Below, one piece after another: positions 12,171 to 28,024 of a stretch of 64,000 nt of DNA. A program made the translations under genes and the position numbers. How positions within the stretch are numbered: position 1 is the stretch's first letter; the number at the start of each line of letters is the position of its first letter. A model generated the notes under the pieces. It ran no database searches. It saw only the letters and a program-made list of their open reading frames with translations, and had not been told where the DNA came from. Source of the stretch: Octopus sinensis. Its lineage: Eukaryota. The stretch spans positions 57,660,001 to 57,724,000 of the forward strand of contig NC_043009.1 of assembly GCF_006345805.1 (NCBI RefSeq), given 5' to 3'.

Positions 12171-12949
12171 TATATTTATATGTATACATACTTATGTGCA
12201 TACATATATTTTTATACATACATACATATATATATATATCCTTTTATTTGTTTCAGACATTGAATTGAATATATGCGTATTTGTATGTGTTATTCATACA
12301 CATATACATACCTGCATACACTCACACACACACACTTACACAAACACACACACACACACATGCACACACACACAAGCACCCCTCCCACACAAACACGTAC
12401 ATACATACATACATACAAACACACCTACATCACTATCACAAGCAACACCGGGTAACGGCAGCACCTCTACCCCCTACCAATCCCGACCACCTCCCAGGAC
12501 ACTGCCAAACCGTCGCCATCACCACTCCCATCAACATTAATTACTACAAATACTAACAAGAACAACATTGACTGTGCTACCATACATTTATCAGAAGGGA
12601 TTGTTAGTGAGAAAATTGGTTTATTTAAACGGAGATAACGAAATAGCTGTATCAACAACACAGCGAAGCGAGAACACCTCAGGGGAATATTCGGCACATT
12701 AAATACATAAATACGTTAGGTTTACATATATAATGTTTCTGTGTAACGAAATATCTATACATTGTGTCGTCAGTCCCTTTCGTTGTAAGTCTCTAGTATC
12801 ATGAGGGCCCTTCTCAGGAAGATCTATTGTTAAACAATGGAAGCCATGATCAAAAAGTCGTTTTTGTTTAGTGAAAGTCGACCTCGGTTTATATTATAAA
12901 ATGTGGTCTTTCTTTTGTAAAATGGTAGATTTTGTTTTGTGGTATATAC

Positions 12950-13200
12950 TCCGCACTCCATCGGTTACGACGACGGGTTTTCCAGTTGATCCGATCAACA
13001 GAATAGCCTGCCCGTGGGTATTAACGTGAAGGTGGCTGAGCACTCCACAGACACGCGTATCCTTAATGTCGTTGTCCGCTGAGTGGTTTGGAGGATCGTG
13101 AGATAAAGTGTCTTGCTGAAGGGTACTACGCACCGACGGAAATCGAAATCACCACTTTACGATCGTGCGCCGAATACCCTAACATCTAATCCACACGCCC
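12950..13200 (-). mobile_element. tRNA-derived SINE family C
   Basis: Minus strand: GGCGTGTGGATTAG head, CCCTTCAGCAAGACACTTTAT core, tail GACATTAAGGATACGCGTGTCTGTGGAGTGCTCAGCCAC. Confidence 0.7.
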
Positions 13201-13659
13201 TCACTTTCTAGTATATATATTTGGTTATTTACAGTTGATCGAGCTATAAACCATCACGTTCCATTTCTGTGTAATCCACTACAGCTGTGATCATGAGGGT
13301 TTCGCGCCATACTTGGGCAATTCAGATCAAGGAATGAAACGAATTTTCTTCAGCCGAAAATGAACTTCCCATTCTTTGGCAAATCTCGATATGCTTACTA
13401 GTAATGTTATGAAATTTCCTACTTCTTTGACAAATCTCGAGGTCCTTCTAGTAATGTTATGAACTTTCTTGTCCCTGTGACAAATCTCGAGTCCCTTACA
13501 AGAAATGTTATGAAATTTCCCGTCCCTGTGGCAAATCTCGAGACACTTACAAGGAATGTTATGACATTTTCTGCCCTGTGGCTAATCTCGAGACACTTAC
13601 TAAAAATGATATGAAATTTCTTGCCCTTGTGTCTAATTTCGAAACCCTTACTTGTAATG

Positions 13660-16102
<2,443 letters not shown>

Positions 16103-16116
16103 ATAGACATTGCTAG

Positions 16117-16471
16117 TAAGAATTGAAGCTTTTGGACGTACTCTCGTGTGACGCGAGTAAAAACAGAAACTTTTAAAAAATATTTTTGGTCGATAGATAT
16201 TATATTTTATCTTAGTTTATTTAGTTTTTTAGTAGCATGACAAGCTTTAGAATTTTTATGAATTTTTCGTCGTTTATATTTTCCTTTTTGATAGTCTTTT
16301 GTACTTTATTCGCATATATATATTTACCTTCTGTGTTTTTATCTATGTGTATATTTTTATATGTTTAAGAACATGGTAATATTCATATATAATCAAATGT
16401 TTGAAGTATGGTGTTATATATAAAGTCGTTGACTCGAATTTGATGTTTGTTCTATGATCAATGTTTCTTTA
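16117..16471 (+). repeat. Third partial copy of the palindrome arm (matches about 15130-15487), lacking the hammerhead
   Basis: AAGAATTGAA..TTTTGGA.GTACTC through TTTGATGTTTGTTCTA.GATCAATGTTTCTTTAT. Confidence 0.85.
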
Positions 16472-16500
16472 TATATATATATGTGTGTGTGTGTGCGCGC

Positions 16501-16565
<65 letters not shown>

Positions 16566-16576
16566 ATATATAATAT

Positions 16577-17865
16577 CAGGTGTTGGACAAAATAATGGAA
16601 ACACCTTAAAATTTCAAAGAAATATATTTTAATATGGTGTAGTACTGCCTTTGGCAGTAATGATGACAGCTTGAATTCTATGAGGTATGGACTCGTACAA
16701 CGTTTGAATTGTTTCTAAAGGAATTTTTGTCCATTCTTCAGCTAAACCCGTCTCCAGTTCATGTAGCGATGATAATGATGGTGAAGGATATCGAGTCCAT
16801 AGTTGTTTTTCTAAAATGCACCATAAGTGTTTAATAATTTTGAGATCTGGGAACTGTGGCGGCCAGATAAGTTGTTCAACTTAACTAGAATGTTCCTCGT
16901 GCCATTCAATAACAAATTTAGCCGTGTGAATTAGTGCAATATCATTCTGAAAGATTGCGTTTCCCTTTGGAAACAGTTCCATAACCATAGGATTAATTTG
17001 ATTAGATAACATGCTTAAATCGTCTTAACGATTAATTCTGTCATGAAGGGAACCCTTTAAGCCGGCAGATTTCTAAGATGTAGCCTCCCCGCCCCCAAGA
17101 TCATCACAGATCGTCCTCCATATTTAATTGCTGGAAGAAGGCAGTCTGGGTCAAATGCTTCTTTTGGCTGTCTCCACATGTATACTGGGCCGGTGGTCGG
17201 AAATAAGGTAAAGGATGACCGTCCGAGAAAATAACATTCTTCCACTGCCCTAAGGACAAATTCTATAGGTTTTTTTCTCCACTCTAAACGCTTTGCAACG
17301 TTTGATTTTGAAAGTAGTGGTTTTCTGATTGCAGCCGTCCCGTGAAATCTGGCTTTGTGCAGCTCCCTGCGAACAGTTTTTGTGGAAACTGGGTTCTCGA
17401 GGTGGTCATTAAGCTCTGCAGTAATTTTGGGAGCTGTACTTTTGTGATATTTTCTAACAATTCGCGTAAGTGTCCGACTTCCCTATTTGAAAGTGTTGGT
17501 TTCCTTCCGGAGTTTTGCTTCGAAGAGAAGGTTTTTTACCTCTTCCTCAAAGGCTGTCATTACTTTCGAGACTATATTTCTTGATACACCAAACATTTCG
17601 GCTGTTTTCGTTACGCCAGCGCCTGCGTTACGAGCACCAACAATTTGACTTCTTTGAAAGTCCGATAGATCTGTGATTTTAATGAATTTTAATTACCTTT
17701 TTCTGATGATATCTGAAAAGAAACAGCAATTTTAGCAAAACATATTAAGCAACATTAATAATTAATCGAAAATATATAAAAATAAGCAAGCTTTTAATTG
17801 TTTTATAGATATTTCAAAATTATGATGCTATGATGTTAGGTGTTTCCATTATTTTATCTAACCAA
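16577..17865 (-). mobile_element. Tc1-like DNA transposon, near full length
   Basis: TIR core GTT(G/A)GA(C/T)AAAATAATGGAAACACCT at both ends, flanked by TA repeats. Confidence 0.9.
16629..17677 (-). pseudogene. Tc1 transposase pseudogene
   Basis: Start mutated to ATC: TDLSDFQRSQIVGARNAG..RELHKA..AAIRKPLLSK..WKNVIFSD..KYGGRSVMI..FQNDIA.IHTAK..WPPQFPDL..IKHLW..AKGSTTPY*; stops and frameshifts present. Confidence 0.9.
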
Positions 17866-17877
17866 TATATATATATA

Positions 17878-18178
17878 CTAGCAGTATCGCCCGGCGTTAC
17901 GGTTTGTTTAGACCGTTTAAAATTGGAATTTTTTAAAAGTAAAAATTTGGCAGTATCTAGCTTGTTATTCTCTTTAAGTGAAATACACCTAAAAATGGCG
18001 ACACAGCAGCCAAAATATCGTAAAAAAATAGGGATTTTCGTAGAAAAAAGGCACCTTTTTGATATAAATAATTTTTGGTGTTAACATGGTCTGATTTGAA
18101 TTTTTTCTTCTACGGAAGGAAGACTTAGTCTTCTACTATCATACCCTCATATATTATTATATATATAATATATATATA

Positions 18179-18223
<45 letters not shown>

Positions 18224-18709
18224 TATGTATATAATATATATATATATACATACATACATATATATATGATGATATATATATATATTAATACGAAAAAACC
18301 CTCCAGGCTACTTCCCGAAAATTCATTTCTTTGCCGAATTTTTACAATGTTTACGGCGATTCGATTTTATATCTTGATTTTATATTTTTCATGCAATTTA
18401 CGTATGCTCGTACGCGTGATGAACACAGTTCACGTCAAACAGCTGACTGAGTAAATTTCACTATTCAATGCATGAGATAAGGCCTAAAAGAACACATTAT
18501 CGATTTTTGCACTTGCGAGATGAATTTCGGAACAGAAATAGCGCAGTTCAATTTTCATTTGCCTAAACTTTAAGTGACCCATTTTTGGTGGTTCTACGAT
18601 TTGTTGGCTAGGAGGAGATGTGCCGGGAAGTTTAACACACAGACACACACACAGATACACACACAGACACACACACAGATAAACACACAGACACACTAGT
18701 TGAGTTTTA

Positions 18710-18720
<11 letters not shown>
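17878..18720 (-). mobile_element. Non-autonomous Helitron-like element interrupted by (TA)n
   Basis: Minus-strand 3' end ..CGCCGGGCGATACTG-CTAG-T; 5' end TATATATATAAAACTC followed by a (GTGTCT/GTAT)n tract, the usual layout of such elements. Confidence 0.6.
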
Positions 18721-18740
<20 letters not shown>

Positions 18741-18879
18741 GATAACATACATGCATACATAATACCGATATCATTGCCTACATACACATATATACGCATT
18801 TAAAGCATGCGCACTCAAGTGTGTGTATATATATATATATATACGAATATGTGTGTGTGTGTGTGTGTGGTGTTGGTGG

Positions 18880-19865
18880 GGGCTTGTCGATTACATCAAA
18901 CCCCAGCGCTGAACTGGAACTAAATTTATTGACGCAGAAATGATGAAAGCAAAGTCAGCGTCGGCAGAATTTGACCTCAGATCATGAAAACAAACGAAAT
19001 GTTGCTGAGCATTTTGTCCGACGTGCTAACAATTCTGTCAGCTCGCCGCCTTTAATAATCCTTTCTACTAAAGACACAAGGTCTGAAATTTGCAGGTGGG
19101 GATAAGTCGATTACATCGACCCCCCCCCGCGGTCCCTTGGTTCTTAGTTTATCGAGCAGGAAAGGACGAAAGGCAAAGTAGACTTCGGCGGAATTTGAAC
19201 TCAAGACCCAGAAGACGAACGAAATGCCGCTATGCTAATGATTCTTTTCTACTCTAGGCACAAGACTCGAAATTTTCTGCGAGGGAGACACTCGATTAGA
19301 TCGACCCCAGTACACAACTAGTACTTAATTTATCGATCCCGAAAGGATGAAACACAAAGTGGTCCTCGGCGGAATTTGAACACAGAACGTAATGACAGAT
19401 GAACTACTGCTAAGCATTTCGCCCGGCATGCTAACGTTTCTTATTTCTTATTTTTTTATTGCCCACAGAGGGCTAAGCATAAAGAGGGGACAAACAAGGA
19501 CAGACAAAGGGAGAAAGTCTATTACATCAACCCCAGTGCGTTACTAGTACTTATTTAATCGACCCTGAAAGGATGAAAGGGAAAGTCGACCTCGGCGGAA
19601 TTTGAACTCAGAACGTAGTGGCAGACGAAATACGTATTTCTTAACTACCCAAAAGCGGCTAAACACAGAGGGAACATAAAAGGACAGACAAACGGATTAA
19701 GTCGATTACATCGACCCTAGTGCATTACTGGTACTTAATTTATCGACCCCGAAAGGATGAAAGGCAAAGTGGACATCGGCGGAATTTGAACGCAGAACGT
19801 AACGGCAGACGAAATACAGCTACGCATTCGCCCGGCGTGCTAACGATTCTGCCAGCACGCCCCCT
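18880..19865 (-). mobile_element. Stacked SINE family A multimers
   Basis: About five body motifs; heads at about 19050 and 19860. Confidence 0.85.
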
Positions 19866-20396
19866 TCGACAATGATTGTTATATTAAGATGAGACAGAAA
19901 AAAGAAAAGAGGTGAAAAAGGCTGTAGTTGACGAAAGGGGAATAGAAAAGATAGGAGAGAGGAAGAAGAAGGAAAAATAGAAGAAGAAGAGGAAAAAGAG
20001 GAGTGAATTGAGAAGAAAAAGAAGGGGAATCAATGGTGTATGACCATTAAATAAATCAAGCAAAATGATGTAGACATTAAAACAACGTAAGTAGACGTTA
20101 AGAGAGGCAAAGTACGTAGAGAGGGAGAGAGGGAGGAAAGGAGAGAGAGGGAGGGAGAGAGAAGGAGGGAGAAAGAGAGTGATTGAAAGGGGGAGAAACC
20201 GGAGAGAGAAGAAAATAAATATATGTAATACATGTATACATATATATGCGTATGTGTGTATGTTTGTGTATATGTATGTCTAAATGCATGCTCACTCATA
20301 AATACTACGTATTATTGTACGTGTGTACTAATATATGTGTATATAATTATAAATGTATCATATTATATTCATATATATATATATATATATATGTGT

Positions 20397-20433
<37 letters not shown>

Positions 20434-21896
20434 TTATATGAGTATGCATGTATGTATATCTATCTATCAATCTATCTCTCTCTCTATCAATCTATATACA
20501 CACACCCACAGAAAAAGTGAGACAGAAATATACATATGTGTCTGTGTGTGTGTATATATATATATACACACACACACGTACATACACCCACCTACACACA
20601 CACATATAATGCGCAAATTGGGAGTGAGACAGAGAGAGAGAGAAGGAAATAGATCGACAGAAATAAAGAGAGCGAGAGAGAGAAAGAGAGAGAGATAGAA
20701 AGAGAAAGGGGGAGAGAGAGGGGGAGAGAGAAGGAAAGAGAGAGAGAGAGAGAAAGGGAGATATAAAGAGAGAGATAAAGAGAGTGATAGTATCTTTGGC
20801 TTTCCTTGTGTGGATAGTTTGAAGTTGTTTCGTTATATCAATGAACAAATTGAAATGACGCTTACTGTCATCATAACTCGCGAATTTCACTTGTGAAGTT
20901 AACATTAAATTCACCGTCTCGAAATGTTCATACATCGGAATCAGCAATGGAGGGTGAGATGGAAGGCGACACAACGAAAGAGAGGCTAGGAGAATAGACG
21001 GAGAAAAAGAGGTTGAATACAGAAGGTGGGGGGGTTGTAAATGCGGTAGAGAGGTGGAGTGGGGATGGTGTGGGAAATGAAGACGTCAGAGGCTAAAAGA
21101 GAGTGAATGAGAAACAGAGAATGAGAGAGAGAGAGAGAGAGGGGGAAGGAGAAAAGAAGCTGTTAGCTAAAGGAGTGACAGGGAGAGGTAGTGAGCTAAA
21201 GGAACGCTGAGAGATAGGGGGAGGTGGGGGATGTAAGGAGAGGATGGAGACGGGTGGGGGGGGAGTGTGTGAAAGCAAAGAAAGTGAGAGAGATAGGAAA
21301 AGGGAGAAAAGGAAGGAGATTTAGGAACAGGGGTCAATATATAGGGTGCAGAAAAATAGTTGAAAGTATCAACGTGAGTGAAAGACAGAATGAGTGAGTG
21401 AGGGAGAGAGAGAGTGAGAAAGAGAGGGGAAGAGAAGTAGTGAGACAGAGGGAGTGAGAGTGAGAGAGTGAGAGAGAGACAAGGGGAGTGGGAGAGAGTG
21501 AGAGAGACAGAGATGGATCTAGAACGGTGTTTACCAACCATTTTTTGCATATGGACTTCTTTAATTGTTATTTTACTGGGGGTGGGGGTGGGGGATCTCT
21601 CATAGGCATTCGATGTCTAAAACCTAATTTTTTAATGATTAGATATTATTAGGAATTATCTTTACCTTTTACTTGAAGAATTTTAGCCGAACGAATCGAA
21701 TTCATTACTTCTTATATTTTGTAAAGTCTGGTACTTATCCTATCGGCATCTTTTGCCGAACCTCCGAGTTACGGGGACGCAAACACACCAACACCGCTTG
21801 TTAACTGTTAGTGGGTGACAAACACGGACGCAAAGACACACCCACGCACGCACACACACACACGCACACACACACAGACACACACACACACACGAG

Positions 21897-22027
21897 GCTA
21901 GAGTAGAAGACACTTCCCCAAGGTGTCACGCAGTGGGATTGAGCCCGGAACCATGTGGTTGGTAAGCAAGCTTCTTATCACAAAGCCACGCCAGAAAGAT
22001 AGATAGATAGAGGGAGAAAGAGACGAG

Positions 22028-22061
<34 letters not shown>

Positions 22062-22500
22062 AAGAAAAGTGGACAAAATGAAATAAAAAGAAAAGCGAAG
22101 TTAAGGACAAACCTGGACGCAAAGACACATGCACACTCACACAAACACAACACAAACACATAAGCTCTCTCTCACAAACACACACACACACACTTACATA
22201 TATACATATATATATATACGACGAGTTTCTTTCCGTCTCCGTCTACCAAATCCACTCACAAAGCTTTCGTCGGTCTGAGGCTATAGTAGAAGACACTTGC
22301 CCAAGGTACCACGCAGTAGGACTGAGCCCGGAACCATGTGGTCGGTAAGCAAGCTTCTTATCACAAAGCCACGCCAGAAAGATAGATAGATAGATAGATA
22401 TATAGATAGATAGAGGGAGAAAGAGACGAGGAGAAAGAGTGGGGGAGAGAAAGAAATGTGGACATAATGAAATGAAAAAAAGCGAGGTTAAGGCACAAAT
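21897..22500 (-). repeat. Tandem duplication (about 380 bp) of a family B SINE head plus its GATA/GA flank
   Basis: CTTCTTATCACAAAGCCACGCCAGAAAGATAGATAG..GAGGGAGAAAGAGACGAGGAG..GTGGACA.AATGAAAT..AAAAGCGA.GTTAAGG occurs twice. Confidence 0.8.
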
Positions 22501-22898
22501 ATGATGGAAGTCAAGATCCAGCAAAGAAGCGAAAAAATACCTGACAGATTCCTTGTCATTCTCGAAGATGTAACGTGAGTGGAAGAAGAGTAGGAGAAAA
22601 AAAGCAATTTAGAAATACGATTCGGAAAAAAGCCTTTTGGTGTTAGTAGAAAAAAGATTCTTAGGAGATAATTCATTAAATTTGGGTTCTAAGGTTGAAG
22701 GATGCAGAGTTTCGTTACACATCGAGTAATATAGACCGACACCAGATGTCTCTGACCAAGGATTTTAAGCTTTTTGTTTCTCCGTTTAGGGAAACCAAAA
22801 CCGTTTATCATAAACCCTTGTTGATCGATATCTTGAGAGAGCAGAATTTTGGTAGACAGAATCAGTGAGGATTCTCGATTTACACAAACACAGACGCG

Positions 22899-22988
<90 letters not shown>

Positions 22989-23279
22989 AACACACACACA
23001 GAGGAGAAAATCTTTATAAACAAACTGAGAAGTGTCGTGTGAGTTGGTATTTTACAGAAAATAAAGGATTGTCGAATGCAGAAAAGACAACTTAGAAGAT
23101 CGGGTAAATAACTTTAGAAAACGGAGAAAAAGGGACCAGGAAGCCTCTGAAGTGAATCGAAACCTACACGCATACATGCATACACAAATATATTATTTAC
23201 AAACATTTTTTCACATATAATTAACAATTTAGAAAATGTATGTGTGTTTGCGTGCCTCCCTCTTTCTCTCTAATTGTTA

Positions 23280-23299
23280 TATCTATCTATCTATCTATC

Positions 23300-23376
<77 letters not shown>

Positions 23377-23397
23377 CTTATCTATGTATCTACCTAC

Positions 23398-23467
<70 letters not shown>

Positions 23468-23511
23468 CTATCTATCTATCTATGTATCTACTTATCTATG
23501 TATCTATCTAC

Positions 23512-23586
<75 letters not shown>

Positions 23587-23596
23587 CTTATCTATG

Positions 23597-23683
<87 letters not shown>
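23280..23683. repeat. (TATC)n tetranucleotide array with a recurring variant block
   Basis: Variant TACTTATCTATGTATC recurs about every 100-115 bp. Confidence 0.95.
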
Positions 23684-24200
23684 ATGAATATATAGGTATA
23701 GGTATATTTGTATATCTATGGAAATGGAGGAAATTACAACACTGGATGCAATAAAAGTAAAAGAAGAAAAAAAACAAAACAAATTCCATTTTCTGACAAA
23801 AAAAACAACAACCTTATCATTAAAAATAAAATTTCTAAATAATTTAGGATGTCAAACCAATGAGCGTATTGAAGGGTTTCCCAATGATATGATGGTGGTA
23901 CCGATAAACTGATTGCGCGTGAAGACATCATTAGAGAAGTGTAATGTAGCTCATTAGAATTTTACAAACGATCAACAAATCAACGAAGTGTTCTGATAAA
24001 TTAAAAAAATATATATATTGAATTTAAAACTATATATATATATTTATATGGATGTTCTCGAATTAGATAATGACGTTCTTCAACTAATCGAATAATATAA
24101 ATAAAATGAAAATGTCGATAGCGTTTCAGGCAATAAAGATGAACTGAGAATAACTTGTTCTGCATCTCTTATTTCGGATAACAACAACAGCAATTTCAGT

Positions 24201-24810
24201 GGAGGCGCAGAGACGCAGTGATTAGAGCAGCGGACTCGCGGGCGTAAGAACGCTGTTTCGATTACCAGACCAGGCATTGTGAGTGTTTATTGAGCGAAAA
24301 CACCTAAGCACCACGAGGCTCCGGCGGGGACGGGTGGTGCACCCAGCTGTACTCTTTCAGCACAACTTTCACACAACGACTGCAGCTACAGCAACAAAAA
24401 GAATTGTAAAAATATAAACCATACCAACAACAGTAGCAACAACATTTCTAATAAAAATAAAACAAGAAAGACAAAAGAACATCAGCCACACCAACGGCAG
24501 CATCAGCAGCAGCAACAACAGCAGCAACAACAGCTAAGCGACAACAAATGAAATAACAGTAACAACACCAACACTTCTACTAACAACAATAAATACAGTA
24601 ACAACAAAGAGGCAACAACGACAGTGGAGGCACAATGGCCCAGTGATTAGGGCAGCGGACTCGCAGTTATAAGAACATGGTTTCAATTTCCAGACCAGGC
24701 ATTGTGAGTGTTTATTGAGCAAAAACACCTAAGCTCCACGAGGCTCCGGCGGAGAGGGTTAGTGAACCCTGCTGTACTCTTTCACCACAACTTTCTCTCA
24801 CTCTTTCTTC
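24201..24810 (+). mobile_element. Two copies of an Arg-tRNA-like SINE (24201-24375 and 24626-24810)
   Basis: Head GGAGGC.CA..G.C.CAGTGATTAG.GCAGCGGAC-TCG-C with a TCG anticodon-like triplet; shared body CCAGACCAGGCATTGTGAGTGTTTATTGAGC.AAAACACCTAAG. Arg-tRNA SINEs are reported from octopus; family identity not verified. Confidence 0.75.
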
Positions 24811-25433
24811 CTACTTCTGCCACAAAGCAGAGGAACCATGGTGTAACCCACTATGGTGTGGCAAACTTTCAGACCCTAGTCTAGATTGCGAATCATCTGT
24901 ACCCCAGGATGTTCCAGCTTCCATCCGTGAAAAACCGCCGTTTACGGAATGAGGATAACAACGTAGCTTTCGCACCCGTGCAACCGCCAGTCTATAGCGT
25001 GTGGTGGGTGGATCTTCAAGTTGCTACACGCATTCTTAGTAGCCTAGAGTAGGCTCGAATTAGAGATTATTCTTTGTGGCTAATGGCGTGAGTCCTGATA
25101 GGAATAATAATAATAATAATAGTAATAATAATAATAATAATAATAATATAATAATAATAATAATATAATATAATAATAAGACAACAACTGCAAGGTTATC
25201 TTATCGCCTTCAAATTTTAGCAAAAAGCCGGCAATTTCGGCGGAATTTGAGTTCAGAAAGTAATGACGGACGAAATACCGCTAAACATTTTGCGCGGCAT
25301 GCTAACTGTTCTGCCACCCGTCGCCTTAAAGAGTTAATCAATATTAACGCATATAGTATTTAGAATCGATTCTGTAATGGTACGGATGGCAATAGACAGA
25401 AACTGAGAGAGGCCGTCGCATGTGTATGTATGC

Positions 25434-25522
<89 letters not shown>

Positions 25523-25610
25523 GTATATATAATATATATAGATATTTATATATATATATATCTCTATATATATATAATATATATATATATATATTATATG
25601 TTAATATATA

Positions 25611-26599
25611 AATATTTAAAAATTGAGGGAGATAAATTAATATTAATTTTAATATCAATTTAAAACCAGTAGTCCAGCATTCAAAAAATCTGAGGAGTCA
25701 GAGAAAATTCAAATATATTGGTATATTGGCAGAGCTGGCCTGCTAGGTAGCCGGCCAGAATGCTAGAAATAGATCATAAACGATCAAACTACAAGGGAAT
25801 TCTCTAGAGGAAGAATTCAGCGAACACCAGAACCAAATTTGGCGGGCAGGACATATGAAAAATTAAATAAAAAACAGACTTAAATGCATACCTCGGTTTC
25901 GGTCTTAACAAAAGAATTACTTGCATAATTCAAGTGTCCGTGACTTCTTCAGTACATTCGGTCCTCGAGATGCAACTACAAGACTAACCCCAGCTCTCTG
26001 TGTCAAGACAGACACGTGCTTAGTCTTACTGATTACATCGGGAATAAAATTTCAAATGTCTTGGTTCCGGCGCGCTAAGAGACTCCTGAAGCGAAGGGCT
26101 GCAGTGAATAATTCACTGCGGGTAAAGCTTACTACTAGGGAACGTATTTATTTAAATATTTAAAAATTGAGGGAGATAAATTAATATTAATTTTAATATC
26201 AATTTAAAACTAGTAGTCCAGCATTCAAAAAATCTGAGGAGTCAGAGAAAATTCAAATATATGTGTATATTGGCAGGGCTGGCCTGCAGTAAGACTAAGC
26301 ACGTGTCTGTCTTGACACAGAGAGCTGGGTTAGTCTTGCGGTTGCATCTCGAGACCGAATGTACTGAAGCTGAAGTCACGGACACTTGAATTATGCAAGT
26401 AATTCTTGTTAAGCCCGAACCGAGGTATGCATTAAGTCTGTTTTTATTTAATTTTTCATATGTCCTGCCCGCCAAATTTGGTTCTGGTGTTCGCTGAATT
26501 CTTCCTCTAGAGAATTTCCTTGTAGTTTGATCGTTATGATCTATTTCTAGCATTCTGGCCGCTACCTAGCAGGCCAGCCCTGCCAATATACACATATAT
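25611..26599. mobile_element. Rearranged hammerhead-bearing element, A-B-C-A'-inverted B
   Basis: A 25611-25743 equals A' 26154-26287. B 25744-26031 is the reverse complement of 26287-26570. Flanked by (TA)n on both sides. Confidence 0.85.
25883..25958 (-). ncRNA. Type I hammerhead ribozyme
   Basis: AAUGUA-CUGAAGA-AGUC..(ACUUG/CAAGU hairpin)..GACC-GAAA-C-CGAG-GUA-UGCAUU. 6-bp stem I, GUA triplet, predicted cut between 25889 and 25888. Decayed mirror copy at 26358-26433. Confidence 0.75.
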
Positions 26600-26610
26600 G
26601 TATTATACAC

Positions 26611-26680
<70 letters not shown>

Positions 26681-26690
26681 GCATATATTA

Positions 26691-26900
26691 ATACATCTGT
26701 TTTTGTCTACACCACCTGTCTTTCTTGTGAGTTTTCCCTATATATATATATAATATATATATATATATAATATTATTATATATATATGGGAACCCACAAA
26801 GAAAGACAGGTGGTGTAGAAAACAAACAGATGTATATATAATAACGCTCGGGAAGTGAAAAACTCTTTAACGTTTCGAGCCTACGCTCTTCCACAGAAAG
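26691..26900 (-). mobile_element. Short inverted repeat around (TA)n plus a variant hammerhead
   Basis: IR 26691-26738 vs 26788-26835. Minus strand 26900-26865: CUUU-CUGUGGA-A-GAGC(GUAG)GCUC-GAAA-CGUU-AAAG. Confidence 0.6.
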
Positions 26901-27239
26901 GAACACAGAAAGAAACAAGGAGAGAAAATAAGAATGTCTAGTGTCTAGCGATCTATCATGGCGAATAATGTATATATATATATATATATATTTGTGTGTG
27001 TATTTTTGTGACTGTGCTTGTCCCGCCACCATCGCTTGACAATCGATGTTGGTGTGTTTACATCCGCTCCGCGTCTTGGCAAAAGAAACCGTTAGAATAA
27101 GCAATAAGATTACAAAGAATAAGGCAGTGCTCCAGCATAGCCCCAGTCAAGTGGGTGAAACATGTAAAAGAACAAAAGAAGAGAACACACTAAAAACATG
27201 AGTGTGAAAAAAGTTCTTCAATAAACAATAAAAAGATAT

Positions 27240-27632
27240 TTCTACTCTGGGCACAAGACCCGAGATTTTGGGTGAGGGAGCCAGTCGATTAGATCGACTC
27301 TAGTACGCAACTGGTGCTTAATTTATCGACCCCGAAAGGCTGGAACGCAAAGCTGACCTCGGCGGAATTTGAACTCAGAATGTAGCGGCAGACGAAATAC
27401 CTATTTCTTTTCTACTCACAAGGGGCTAAACACAGAGAGGACAAACAAGGAGAGACAAACGGATTAAGTCGATTATATTGACCCCAGTGCGTAACTGGTA
27501 CCTATTTAATCGACCCCGAAAGGATGAAAAGCAAAGTCAACCTCGGCGGAATTTGAACTCAGAACGTAACGGCAGACGAAATACCGCAAGCATTTCGTCC
27601 GGCGTGCTAGCGGTTCTGCCAGCTCGCCGCCT
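27240..27632 (-). mobile_element. SINE family A, head plus two units
   Basis: Same body motifs as other family A copies. Confidence 0.85.
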
Positions 27633-27661
27633 TAACATTAGAAAGAGATATATATTTAGAA

Positions 27662-27706
<45 letters not shown>

Positions 27707-27981
27707 ATATATATATATTAATAAATAAACATATGCATATGTATAGATATATGTACGTACATACCTCTACATGTATATATACACGCATATATGAGTACAG
27801 GACACCAAAAAAAAACGTCGAACACAATGAGAAACGAAAACATAAACACAAACCCAAGGAACTGGACATTTTTCTTAAACAACAAAAACATAGAGTACAG
27901 GACAAATAACACAAGGAAAAAAACCTTCTTCAGTCGCCATGGTTTCATCTACTCTACGTTTCGAAGGTGAATATATAATAT

Positions 27982-28024
<43 letters not shown>

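Noticed and set aside
12590-12655. GAAATAGCTGTATC as a hammerhead stem III
   Set aside because: No CUGANGA box upstream; at best a decayed PLE terminus.
24830-25080. Possible 3' end of a site-specific non-LTR element before an (AAT)n tail
   Set aside because: No recognisable protein motif could be read; left unassigned.
27924-27967. Permuted (type II-like) hammerhead on the minus strand: GAAACGUA ... CUGAAGAAGG
   Set aside because: Core boxes are present but stem I does not pair and stem II overlaps the core; not supportable by eye.
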